Under the pieces are notes generated by a model, which was not told where the DNA came from, searched no databases, and saw nothing but the letters and a program-made list of their open reading frames with translations. A stretch of 64,000 nt of DNA from a virus. Each line of letters begins with the position of its first letter. The first letter of the stretch is position 1. Below, piece by piece: positions 19,201 to 30,000 of the stretch. The stretch lies in IMG/VR virus record IMGVR_UViG_3300007523_000008, positions 9,166 to 73,165 of that record, one strand, 5' to 3'. The position numbers were made by a program, and so were the translations under genes.

Positions 19201-22200
19201 TTATTTTCCTCTTTAATTCATCGACTTCAGCAGAAAGCTCTTTTACAGCTTCAATGAGAACAGCGACGATGCGGCTATATTGTAGACTTGTCACTTCATT
19301 TTTTTCATTCTTGGAAACTAACTGTGGAAATACCTCAATAACTTCTTCAGCGATGAGACCGATATCATTAAGTTTCGATTTATCTTTTCTATCGTACGTG
19401 ACCCCACGTAGTTTTTTAATTGAAGTTAGTGAATTTTTTAAAGTACGTACATTCTCTTTTATTCTAATCGTGGAATACGTATCGTAACCACCAGCCATCA
19501 CGGTAATTAGTTGGTCGAATTCTGCAAATCTAGCTCCCGCTGGTGGATTTTCATTTCCCTCGATGAAGAATCTAAGTCTTCCATCAGAATATACATCCAT
19601 TGCCCACAGACCGGTGATTCCGGAAGGCATTTGCATGAATAGCTGTCCACCCTCAGAAGAATTTGGGTCTCTGAGGAATGATGTGGCGTGGTCAAGGGTG
19701 GCTCCCTTCAAAGCTCCTGTGATACTAAGATTAGTTCCGTCCCACGTCATCTTATTTCCGCCACTGTTGCCTATGGAGAACTTGGGAGTGCCACTAACAT
19801 CACCTAGCCAAAATCCTGTTCCCGTGTCGTATGCGGTCTGACCAGACCTTACATGCCCACCACTCGTGATATCAATTGCTGTTCCAGTAATGGTTCCTCC
19901 GGACATACCAGAACTATTAATTGTACCAGCATTAATCGTGGCAGCATTCAATGCTAAGGCCACATTAATGGTCCCAGCATTAATCTTAGATGCGTCAATA
20001 TTACGAATATAGGCTTGGTCCATATAGACGCCAGAGCCATCAACTGTAAACGGTGAGGTGAGTTGTCCACCCGACACATTTACTATTTGGAATTTGTCAA
20101 CTTGAACGATGAAAGCTGATCCTCCACCACCACCTCCAACATTGGTCAATCTAAATCCAGCGACCCGATTTCCAGCCGTGACATTCAATACGTATTCAGC
20201 TGCCACGGAATTGTTGAGATTTGTTACAGTGGTGGAAAGAGTTGAAACCGAAGCTGACGTCGTGCCGTTAGCAGATGATACCGTCGCAATCGATGAGGCT
20301 GCTGATTGTGAATTGGTCGTGACGGTGCTGGACAACGTTGAGACTGTTCCAGAGAGTGAGCCCACGCTGGAATTAATCGTATCCATCCTACTGGCGGCAC
20401 TCGATGAATTATTAGTTACCGTTGTAGAAGTGGATCCAATAGATGAACTAAAAGAGGAAGAGGCCGTTTGATATGAACTATTTAATGTTGTTACTCTCGC
20501 GGCCAAGGACGATGAGTTAGTTGTTATTGTTGAAGACAATGTTCCAACCGAAGCATTTAACGATGCTGATGTTGTGAGGTATGAACTACTCAACGCCGTC
20601 GTAATAACCGCAGCTGATGCTGAGTTAGTTGTTATTGTTGAAGACAATGTTCCAACTGAGGAATTCAGTGATGCTGATGCTGCTAAGTATGAACTACTCA
20701 GAGTTGACACCCTCAGTGCGATAGAGGATGAATTATTCGTGATGGTTGTTGTGAGCGAACCAATAGAGGAACTGTACGATGAGGATGCGGTTCGATATGA
20801 GCTATCCAATGAGGCGACTCTCACTGCTATAGACGATGAGTTAGTCGTAACCGTGCTGTCTAGATTATTGATGGATGAGTTGAGAGAGGACGATGCTGCT
20901 AAGTATGAACTGCTCAGCCCAGAAACTCGCAACGCAATTGACGCAGAGTTATTGGTTATGGTTGTTGTGAGCGAGCCAATGGAGGAGCTGTACGATGAGG
21001 ATGCGGTTTGATACGAACTGTTAAGAGCAGACGTTATGAGGGCGGCTGATGATGAGTTTGTGGAAACGGTCGCGTCCAGACCCACAATTGATGAGTTTGT
21101 AGAAGAAATCGAATTTGAGACAGATGAGCTCAAGCTTGTAACGCGAGCGGCCATCGACGATGAGTTGCTACTGATAGACGTGGTTAGGGTTCCAATAGAA
21201 GAACTATATGACGATGATGCGGTCTGATATGAACTATTGAGTGTAGACGTCAGAACAGCCGCCGATGAGGAATTGGTTGAGACCGTCGATGATAACGACG
21301 ATACTGAAGCGTTCGTTGTTGTAAATGAGTTGGAAATTGATGAGCTGAGCGACGTGACTCTTAAAGCAATCGATGATGAGTTATTCGTAATTGTCGTAGA
21401 GAGAGTTCCAATTGACGAACTAAATGAGGATGATGCAGTTTGGTATGAACTGTTGAGACTGGTAGCCACAATGGCCGCTGAGGAAGAATTTGACGTAACT
21501 GTGCTGGACAAGGTATCCACTGAAGCTGATGTATTTGTAAATCGGCTGTTTAAGTTGGATGTGACCGCGGCAGCGGACTGAGAATTTGTCGTTACTGCGG
21601 TCGATAAGGTTCCAACGGTAGAACCGAATGAAGAGGATACCCCTTGTAATGAACTGCTTAGCGTAGTTACTCTTAGAGCAACCGATGCTGAATTGGTCGA
21701 AATCGTGGTAGATAGTGTACCAATTGAAGAACTATAAGACGATGAAGCATTCTGATATGACGTGTTCAGCGAAGAAACCACAGCTGCGGCCGATGATGAA
21801 TTGCTTGAAATCGAAGTTGTCAGAGAACCTACCGACGAACTAAATGAAGAGGACGCTTCTCGATACGATGTACTCAACGTAGATGTAACCAAGGCCGCTG
21901 ATTGAGAATTGTTTGTGATTGTCGTGGACAGTGTACCAATCGAAGAACTTAGCGAAGATGACGCGGCTTGATAAGAACTATTTAAATCAGCCGTTACTAA
22001 CGCTGCTGATTGCGAGTTCGTATTAACAGTTGCTGAGACAGTCTTTATCGACGAGCTTAATGAGGCAGAAGTTGCCAGAAACGAACTATTGAGGTTAGCG
22101 GTTACTAAAGCCGCCGATTGCGAATTTGTCGTGACCGTGGTAGATAGTGATGAAATTGATGCGTTTGATAACGACAGCGATCCGGATAATGACGAACTCA

Positions 22201-25200
22201 AATTCGTTATAACCAATGCCACTGATTGAGAATTGTTTGTAACCGTTGACGACAACGCACTCACGGATGAATTAAGTGAAGACGATGCTGCCTGATACGA
22301 ACTATTTAGCGTAGAAACAACTGCCGCAACCGACGAAGAGTTATTGGTGATGGTGGTGGCCAGATTTCCGATTGAAGCCGTCAGAGAGGATGATACAGTA
22401 GTCACGCGACTGCTTAGTGTATCAGACACGACCGCTGCTGATGCGGAGTTAGTTGAAATAGTTGACGTTAGATTTCCAACAGAAGAATTCAACGAAGACG
22501 ATGCTGATAGATAGGAGCTACTCAAAGTACTGAGTCTGGACGCAATCGATGAAGAGTTATTAGTGGCAGTAGTTGTTATAGTTCCTATTGAAGAACTAAA
22601 TGAAGATGAAGCGGTTCGGTACGAACTATCCAACGAAGCTACGACCAATGCGGCTGAAGATGAGTTTGTCGTGACCGTCGAAGAAAGATTTGTAACAGAA
22701 GCGTTGGTAGTTGTAAATGAATTTGCTACCGATGAACTTAAACTTGTAACACGGGTTGCTATAGATGATGAGTTACTTGTGGCCGTAGTTGTAAGTGTAC
22801 CAATTGATGAGCTAAATGAAGACGATGCGGTTTGGTATGAAGAATTCAAACTCGTTACAACCAAGGCGGCTGACGATGAATTGTTTGTAACAGATGTTGT
22901 TAGTGAACCAACTGATGAACTGAATGAAGACGATGCGGTTTGGTATGACGAATTTAAATTGGAGATTTGAATCGCCGCGGACTGTGAGTTCGTAGTTATT
23001 GTTGTGCTTAAATCTCCAATCGATGAGCTATATGATGAAGATGCATTTTGGTACGAACTGTTCAACGTTGACAATCGGAGTGCTAGCGAAGAAGAATTCG
23101 TACTAACGGTTGTTGTCAGAGTACCAACTGATGAATTTATTGAAGAAGATTGTGTTTGAAAGGCACTATCTAAAGACGAAACCTGTGCAGCTATAGACGA
23201 CGAGTTTGTTGTAATCGTTGTAGAAAGAGAACCAATCGATGAACTATACGACGCTGACGAGTTCTGATAGGAACTATTTAGGTTAGTTACAACTGCTGCT
23301 ATAGAAGATGAGTTAGAAGTAACTGTAGAAGAAACATTAGAAATCGAAGAACTTAACGACTGTGTAGCGTTCTGGAGGGATGTATTTAAATTAGAAGCAA
23401 CCGTGGCGGCTGATTGAGAGTTTGTGGTTATCGTTGAGGATAAATCTACTACAGAAGCACTGAGTGAAGATGAGGCTGCTAGATAAGAACTGTTTAAATT
23501 TGAAACAACTCCGGCCGCCGACTGTGAGTTAGTTGTTATTGTCGTGCTTAGAGTTTCAACCGACGCACTTAGTGAAGCTGATGTTGTCTGATAAGTTGAA
23601 CTTAGTGTTGAAAGGTTAAGAGCCACCGAGGCTGAGTTGGTTGTGATTGTGGTGGATAGATTACCGATTGACGAACTGTATGAGGCTGACGCGACTTGGT
23701 ACGAGCTGTCGAGGGTGGAGACCACCGCTGATATAGACGCGGAATTGTTAGTCGCGGTCGTACTCAAAGTTTTTATCGAAGAGCTCAATGACGCAGATGT
23801 ATTTAGATATGAACTGTTTAACGCTGTCGAAACTGAGGCTGCGGATGCCGAGTTTGTAGACACCGTGACAGATAGATTCTGTATAGAAGAACTCAGTGAG
23901 GCTGAAGCCTGGCGGTATGAGCTGTCCAATGTTGTTACAACTAACGCGATGGATGCGGAATTATTATTCTGCGTTGTAGATAATGATCCGATTGACGAGC
24001 TGTATGAAGCTGATGAGTTGACATACGACGAGCTCAGTCCAGCAAACTTTAGGGCAATGGATGAAGAAAATGTAGTTGTAGTCTGCGATACATCCGTGAC
24101 TGACGCCGCCAGAGACGATGAATTGGTTGTGACTCTTGACGATAGAGATGTTAGGTCTGTTGCTGACGACGCTGAGTTGTCTGATACGACACCCGTCAAA
24201 TCAAAAATTAGGGTTTCGATAGACCCAGAAAATCCACTGTATGATGCTGAATACACAGCTATAGAAGCGGCGAGTGAGGCTGATTGCGCGGTGAAAACGA
24301 CCTGTTGGTCTTGTATCGTGGAAATGACGGAGGAAGAGACTTGTATGGTTGTAGCTTCTAACGACGTCATCGTTGAGGCTAACGATTGAGAGTTGCTCGT
24401 CAACAGAGCGTTTGTTGTGACAATCGATGCTGAGTTTTCATTGTAGCTGGAGCTTAAAATTGAAATACTCTGCGTGGCTGCTGTCATCGCCTGTGCGAAC
24501 GATGACGAATTGTTATCAATCGACACGTTTGATAGGTTTATCGACGTATCGAGAGACGCCAGAGAAGCTGAGGTGTCGCTTATTGTGAATGACAAAGATG
24601 AAGAAACCAACGTTAAGTGAGAATCTATCACAGCCGAAGATGCACTCAGCGACGATGATACAACTGATAATGTAGTTAGTATCGACGACGATACCGTATT
24701 AAGAGAAGAAGTTACATCCCCTATGGAAGAATTTAAAGAAGTTGTTGTCGATTCTAGTGACTGAGAAACAGTCGTCAGAGTTGTATTGAGAACATCCGTC
24801 GTCGCGCTCATGGACTGTGACACAGCAGATAAATCTAGAACTGCCGACGCAGAAACTATCGACAGAGATGAGCTGACAGTACTGAGTGTTGAGCTCAGCG
24901 ACGATGATACTCCAGATAATTCGGAGTTGAGAGAACTTGATACAATTCCCAACGATGTATCTACGACAGCTATCGATGCGCTCAACGACGAAGATGCTGC
25001 GTCAATGGCTGAGTTTAGAGATTGTGTTGCTAAATTTAGAGCGTCGTCAACCTGTCCGAAAGTAGTACTAACAGATGACGATACTAATCCTAATGCAGTG
25101 TTCAGAGAAGATGAGGCCTCTCTAAGCCCGGTATCTACAAATGAAATGGATTCAGATAGTGTCGTATTTTCTAACACAAAACTGGATGATAATAGGCTGA

Positions 25201-25453
25201 ACCCACCTGATATTTCCGCGTTGGAAGAGGATAAAGATTCAACCGATGCCGTTAACACATCGTAGGAAGCACTTAACCCGAGTAATACTCCCGAATTGAT
25301 AGTGTATGGTAGAGAAGACCAATTTGTATAGCCGTCACCAAATTTAACATTTAAAGTGTCTGTTTCAAAACCCTGTTCACCAATCCCCAGTATCGGATTA
25401 GCTATCACCCACTCCGCTGCTGTACCTCTTCGTACTAGAATTTTAACTGCCAT
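19193..25453 (-). CDS. Very long tail fibre/host-specificity protein with C-terminal intramolecular chaperone (peptidase S74)
   Basis: N-terminal RRGTAAEW...NPIL..GE.GFETDT...K.GDG...W..LPY (Mtd-N/hyaluronidase-N-like). About 1600 aa of Ser/Thr coiled coil. GpJ/DUF1983-like AGF.L....F.V..DKF...PF.V.....Y...AYI. S74 tail S..R.KEN....L..I..L.GV.Y...IGLIAEEV..VFP.LV. Confidence 0.85.
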   Translation of the reverse strand: MAVKILVRRGTAAEWVIANPILGIGEQGFETDTLNVKFGDGYTNWSSLPYTINSGVLLGLSASYDVLTASVESLSSSNAEISGGFSLLSSSFVLENTTLSESISFVDTGLREASSSLNTALGLVSSSVSTTFGQVDDALNLATQSLNSAIDAASSSLSASIAVVDTSLGIVSSSLNSELSGVSSSLSSTLSTVSSSLSIVSASAVLDLSAVSQSMSATTDVLNTTLTTVSQSLESTTTSLNSSIGDVTSSLNTVSSSILTTLSVVSSSLSASSAVIDSHLTLVSSSLSFTISDTSASLASLDTSINLSNVSIDNNSSSFAQAMTAATQSISILSSSYNENSASIVTTNALLTSNSQSLASTMTSLEATTIQVSSSVISTIQDQQVVFTAQSASLAASIAVYSASYSGFSGSIETLIFDLTGVVSDNSASSATDLTSLSSRVTTNSSSLAASVTDVSQTTTTFSSSIALKFAGLSSSYVNSSASYSSSIGSLSTTQNNNSASIALVVTTLDSSYRQASASLSSSIQNLSVTVSTNSASAASVSTALNSSYLNTSASLSSSIKTLSTTATNNSASISAVVSTLDSSYQVASASYSSSIGNLSTTITTNSASVALNLSTLSSTYQTTSASLSASVETLSTTITTNSQSAAGVVSNLNSSYLAASSSLSASVVDLSSTITTNSQSAATVASNLNTSLQNATQSLSSSISNVSSTVTSNSSSIAAVVTNLNSSYQNSSASYSSSIGSLSTTITTNSSSIAAQVSSLDSAFQTQSSSINSSVGTLTTTVSTNSSSLALRLSTLNSSYQNASSSYSSSIGDLSTTITTNSQSAAIQISNLNSSYQTASSSFSSSVGSLTTSVTNNSSSAALVVTSLNSSYQTASSSFSSSIGTLTTTATSNSSSIATRVTSLSSSVANSFTTTNASVTNLSSTVTTNSSSAALVVASLDSSYRTASSSFSSSIGTITTTATNNSSSIASRLSTLSSSYLSASSSLNSSVGNLTSTISTNSASAAVVSDTLSSRVTTVSSSLTASIGNLATTITNNSSSVAAVVSTLNSSYQAASSSLNSSVSALSSTVTNNSQSVALVITNLSSSLSGSLSLSNASISSLSTTVTTNSQSAALVTANLNSSFLATSASLSSSIKTVSATVNTNSQSAALVTADLNSSYQAASSSLSSSIGTLSTTITNNSQSAALVTSTLSTSYREASSSFSSSVGSLTTSISSNSSSAAAVVSSLNTSYQNASSSYSSSIGTLSTTISTNSASVALRVTTLSSSLQGVSSSFGSTVGTLSTAVTTNSQSAAAVTSNLNSRFTNTSASVDTLSSTVTSNSSSAAIVATSLNSSYQTASSSFSSSIGTLSTTITNNSSSIALRVTSLSSSISNSFTTTNASVSSLSSTVSTNSSSAAVLTSTLNSSYQTASSSYSSSIGTLTTSISSNSSSMAARVTSLSSSVSNSISSTNSSIVGLDATVSTNSSSAALITSALNSSYQTASSSYSSSIGSLTTTITNNSASIALRVSGLSSSYLAASSSLNSSINNLDSTVTTNSSSIAVRVASLDSSYRTASSSYSSSIGSLTTTITNNSSSIALRVSTLSSSYLAASASLNSSVGTLSSTITTNSASAAVITTALSSSYLTTSASLNASVGTLSSTITTNSSSLAARVTTLNSSYQTASSSFSSSIGSTSTTVTNNSSSAASRMDTINSSVGSLSGTVSTLSSTVTTNSQSAASSIATVSSANGTTSASVSTLSTTVTNLNNSVAAEYVLNVTAGNRVAGFRLTNVGGGGGGSAFIVQVDKFQIVNVSGGQLTSPFTVDGSGVYMDQAYIRNIDASKINAGTINVALALNAATINAGTINSSGMSGGTITGTAIDITSGGHVRSGQTAYDTGTGFWLGDVSGTPKFSIGNSGGNKMTWDGTNLSITGALKGATLDHATSFLRDPNSSEGGQLFMQMPSGITGLWAMDVYSDGRLRFFIEGNENPPAGARFAEFDQLITVMAGGYDTYSTIRIKENVRTLKNSLTSIKKLRGVTYDRKDKSKLNDIGLIAEEVIEVFPQLVSKNEKNEVTSLQYSRIVAVLIEAVKELSAEVDELKRKING
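20290..24140 (-). repeat. Degenerate 36-aa (108-nt) tandem repeat array within the tail fibre
   Basis: Unit such as NSASIALVVTTLDSSYRQASASLSSSIQNLSVTVST repeated roughly 35 times; boundaries approximate. Confidence 0.85.
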
Positions 25454-27060
25454 TATGGACCGCCTCCATCGTAAATTAAATCAGCTATTAATGCTGAACC
25501 TACTAATTGTTCAGTGTATCCTTCCGGATCGACATGAAGCTGTGCCTTTAATGGGTTCATACAGATTTGTCCTGACACGTCCAGTATTTCTACAGTCAGC
25601 TTAACTTTTTCATTTTTAATGATCGGAGTGTATGGAAATTCTATCGAAAATGAATCTAAGGCATAAATGGTATCTGAATACGGTTTCAAAGAAACGTTGG
25701 CAACGGCTATTGTGTTTATGTACTTTGGCGTGATTATGATTGTTCCAAACATTGTTTTTGGTGTAAAGAATTTTGACTTGTATGTTCCACTATAAGTAGT
25801 CGCGGTGTTTTTATCCAATGAGCCGAGTAAAAACTTTTGGGTTGTTCCATTAGGCGATGTTGTTATGAAGAATGCTTCCAACTTATAGTTGGTCGATGAA
25901 TACTGTATATTTGCCCAATTTACTGAGAATTCATACATTGTATTCTTGAGCATTTTTATTGAATTACTGTTAAGAGCCGATCCATTATTAACGACTTCTA
26001 TTGAGCCGGAGTATTCTAACAGTTTAGCATTCTCAACCGAGCAGCTGTAGTATGTGTCCGGTTCTCTATCAAAGTTTTCAAATAATGCTGGTGATGTGTA
26101 CCAGGCAGAACCGCTTTGATAGGTTGGAGCCACATATTGATAATCACGGCTTACTTCTCCCGTATTTTCTTTGAAAATGATATACAACGCCTCTGTTTCA
26201 TTTGAATTTCCCGAAGAGTCCAGTGTGATGGAATCCATCATTATATCGGGTGTATGGGTGTATGTTAGACCAGGTGATGCGAACCAATACGACTGGACAT
26301 GTGACAGAGAATAAAACTGTCCACCGTTCTGATAATCGATATTCGTATTTTTAGTCAGAAGAAGTTCGTTAGCTTCTACCTTTCCGAGCGCTACACAAGT
26401 TGCAGTCTCCGGTGTATTTAGACTCTTCTTGAGCACGCGGTACGAGTTTGGTACAGCTGAAAATTGTAAATTCTCAAGCGTAGCTGTAATAATTGAACAC
26501 ACCTTAGCGGAGGATGATAGTTCAGAAGTACCAATTCTAGGAATATGAACCATATCAAAATTTCCCTGCTTGATGTTGGTTACATAGTATGAGGTGTCAG
26601 TTTCAAAATACGGAGACGATTCTTCGTAAATGTCTGAATCAAGTGTGACGTCTGATACATAGACTGGAGTTTCTAATTTTAAGACATTTGAAGAAATGAC
26701 CGACTTCACCTTTGCTGAAAAGTCTCTGGCAATTAAACCACTGTGGACAGATTGTTTTCCTGACAAACCTGTGTAAAAGAGTGGTTCTATCTCCAGATTA
26801 AATAGTCTTATAGATGATCCGACCATCGATGAAGAAAATTCCGCACCAGACGAACGAACCAACGTATAGTCTATACTTGCAGGAAAATCCGTTATCTTTT
26901 CACCATGGTCGGGTGAAGTTGCAACGGTAAAGAAACTTCCCGATACCAGTTGTGTGCTACACTTCGGACGGTGTGCGGTAGGGTGCGCTTTTGACTCCAC
27001 CACAATTGATGGGGAATCAAAAAGACTACGAAGGGACTTATTTTCAACTAAATTTGCCAT
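25453..27060 (-). CDS. Hypothetical beta-rich structural protein (fibre-associated)
   Basis: 535 aa, coupled to the fibre gene; ends IYDGGGP, a short motif typical of phage fibre-module proteins; late motif upstream. Confidence 0.55.
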   Translation of the reverse strand: MANLVENKSLRSLFDSPSIVVESKAHPTAHRPKCSTQLVSGSFFTVATSPDHGEKITDFPASIDYTLVRSSGAEFSSSMVGSSIRLFNLEIEPLFYTGLSGKQSVHSGLIARDFSAKVKSVISSNVLKLETPVYVSDVTLDSDIYEESSPYFETDTSYYVTNIKQGNFDMVHIPRIGTSELSSSAKVCSIITATLENLQFSAVPNSYRVLKKSLNTPETATCVALGKVEANELLLTKNTNIDYQNGGQFYSLSHVQSYWFASPGLTYTHTPDIMMDSITLDSSGNSNETEALYIIFKENTGEVSRDYQYVAPTYQSGSAWYTSPALFENFDREPDTYYSCSVENAKLLEYSGSIEVVNNGSALNSNSIKMLKNTMYEFSVNWANIQYSSTNYKLEAFFITTSPNGTTQKFLLGSLDKNTATTYSGTYKSKFFTPKTMFGTIIITPKYINTIAVANVSLKPYSDTIYALDSFSIEFPYTPIIKNEKVKLTVEILDVSGQICMNPLKAQLHVDPEGYTEQLVGSALIADLIYDGGGP

Positions 27061-27089
27061 AGTATATACTACTATGGTATAAATATAGT

Positions 27090-30000
27090 CTACTTCGTGT
27101 TATCTACCTTAGAGAAGCCGTTCTCTTTAGTTATCTCTAACTGTTTATCAACCATATCACGCATAGCGTCCAAATGGCTGATGACAATGATGAAATCAAA
27201 ATTCTTCTTCATGAAATCAAAGAGTGCGTGAACCATTGGAAAATTTGATGCGTCAAGGGCAGAAAATCCTTCGTCCACCACCATGAAATTAGGTCGTGGA
27301 AGATTACTGATGTTGATAAGGGCTACACGTAGAGCCAAAGCGGCCATGAATTTTTCCATGCCGGAACATAGTTCGAGTGGCCATTTTTTATCTTCGTAGT
27401 TGATATATACGTTAACATTTCTACCGTCAGTCTCAATAGACATGCCGAATTCTACAATCTGTGTTAATATATTGTTAACTTCTGCCTCAATCTGTGGAAT
27501 CACATCGGAAATAATTTGGTATGGAATTCCATTACTACCAATCGACTGAGAATAATATTCGAAGGCTACAAACTCATTCTCTAAGAGTTCGATTTCTTCA
27601 ATACGTGTCTTTATTGTCTGAATCTGGTCGGTTATTGACGTTTTGCGAGCAAAGTCCTTTAGATACTGATCTTCAAGATTCTTCAATTTGACGCTATTAT
27701 TGCTGAGGGTCTGTTTGTATTGTTTGACAACAAGTAGGTGTTTTTTATTATCTTCAACCACCTCTTTGGACTTTTCATACAACTCTATTCCTTCGACAAG
27801 CGTTCTATGTTTTACCGTAAATGAGTTTAGGTCGTTTGTAAGTGAACTAATCTTTAGTTCTTTTCTGGAAATGGTATTGGTGGAGACTGGTAACTTTTTC
27901 GATAGTTCGTCACGCTTGTGTTTCATTTCCAAGAATCTATCATAATTTTTTAAAGCATTCTTAGAAGTTTCAATGTCGCCCTTCAACAACGTTGCAGTTT
28001 CTTTATCAGCAGTCAAACTGCCCCGAGTTGCTTTAGCATCCTTCACGAAAACATTATCCATGCAAAATCGACAGTTTGGGTCGTACTGATGCTCGTCAAG
28101 GTGCTCGAGCTTCTTGATTTTTTCTCTGACAAACGTTTTTAGAGCATCAAGTTCCCGCTCCTTTTGTTGGACATTGTTAGATAGTGAAACAAATTCGGAA
28201 TACTTTTCATCTAACTTATGTATATTTAAACTTTCTAGAGCTTCTTTATCTTGCTGGTGAAGAACCTTTAAATCGATTACCTCAGTTTTAAGAGCCTCAA
28301 TTTCTTCACTGGTTGCGGAAATCTTATTTTCAAGTTGTAATTTCTCCTCAATGTAATCATCTACATTGGTCGGAACATTGTCCAACGATATAATTTTTGC
28401 CGTCTCATCGGATATATCAACAAGGTCGCGAGATATCTCAGACTTGAGATTATCGATGTTCGTCTTTTCCTCCGATATTTTGGCGCTCAGTGATTCATTC
28501 TCAAGAGCCATATCGGCAGAACGCTTTGTATTGTCTTCCTTGTTGTATGCTCTGACGGCGGCTCCGACTTCCTTTACCCGGTCTGACGCTATTAGAGCGA
28601 GCTTGTCGAAAATATTAAGTCCGATGAACTGAGATAGCAACTCCTTTCTTTCAGACTGGCCGAGGTCGATGAATGAACCACCGTTTCCCTGTAGAGCCAA
28701 CGTAGTTAAAATAAAATCGTCGTATGTTCCAAGATAATCTCGAATGAGTTCGTTTGTACTACGACGAGCCTCAGCATTGAGAGGAATCTGTTCATCGTTT
28801 TCAATTTTATAAAAGTTTACCTTAACTGCGACATTACCCTTCTTATCGCGAGACCCACTCCGTTCGATGAAATAATCAATTCCGTTAATTTCAAAGTTAA
28901 ATTTACACTCAAAGGACATTTTTTCAGAGTTCATCACTAGAGATGCTTTATATGCTCTAGCCGATTTGTCATAGATACAGAAGCTAAGAGCATCCATCAG
29001 CGACGATTTACCGCTCGCATTGGCGGCAAACAGTCCATATACATCTGTTAATTTTGTGAAGTCGATTACATTGTTCTCACCATAACTAAACATGTTTGAG
29101 AATTCAAACTTCTTCGGCTTCCAACGAATGTTTTTACTTTGGTCATCTTTATTTAAGCCCTCATTCAAAGTTTTATTAATATCGACAACTGCATCAATTG
29201 TGGCCTGGTCAATTGTGGTATATTTGTCTTTTAAGAATTTTATAATCAATTCGTTTTGATAATCAACGTTGGTTATTTTTGTGAGGTTCGCCGAATTTTT
29301 ATTGTTAAACTGTTTCTTAACATCATCAGAATCAACCCGAATAAAAACCAAGTCGGTAATATCATACGACTTACGTATTTCGGTCACAACACGCTTAACC
29401 TCAGTCGGAACCGTTTTATCACAACGGATACGTAGCTTTGGCTTTGCGGGCATGTCCTTGATATCGGTGATGAGTTTTCCATCTCGGATGTCAATCGTAT
29501 AATACCCGTAGTCATTTGGAACTTCGATGTGAATGTATTTTCTGGCATCTATATTCCACACCGTATAACCGTGTCCTTGTAAGAATTCGCCATGATTCTG
29601 CTGAAGCATGCTACCAGCGTAGTGAATAATCGGTTTCTCTTCTGCCGGATTGTATTCCTGTATATCTTGAATCAGATGAATATCACCAAGCATTGCAATA
29701 TCGTGGCCATCGAATATAGATGGGACAATTGTTCGATTACTAATCTGATAACCAATGTCGGTCATTGCTTCGTGAACTGGACCGTGAAATAGTGCAACCT
29801 TACAATCGAATTGGTTAGAAATACTTTTTACCACAGTTTTGATATTCAAATACTTTGTAGGGTCATCAAATACGCTCATGTTATTGAACAAAATATTCCC
29901 CGCTCCATACAACTTAGACTCTTTTAAATAAAATAATTTACTATGATTTAAGTTATTTACGATTGGAGATAGACTGTCCATTCGAGAAGAGTTCGTGAGT

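Noticed and set aside
20290-24140. CRISPR array or non-coding repeat
   Set aside because: The repeats are degenerate at synonymous positions, in frame and lack unique spacers, so they are protein-level repeats.
20109-25265. Numerous plus-strand ORFs (up to 250 aa, rich in DEL/E/V) opposite the tail fibre
   Set aside because: They are antisense shadows of the Ser/Thr repeat codons, with no SD or promoter context and no independent motifs.
19193-25453. Diversity-generating retroelement, suggested by the Mtd-N-like domain
   Set aside because: No reverse transcriptase, no C-type-lectin variable region and no TR/VR pair with adenine-specific differences were seen in the window.
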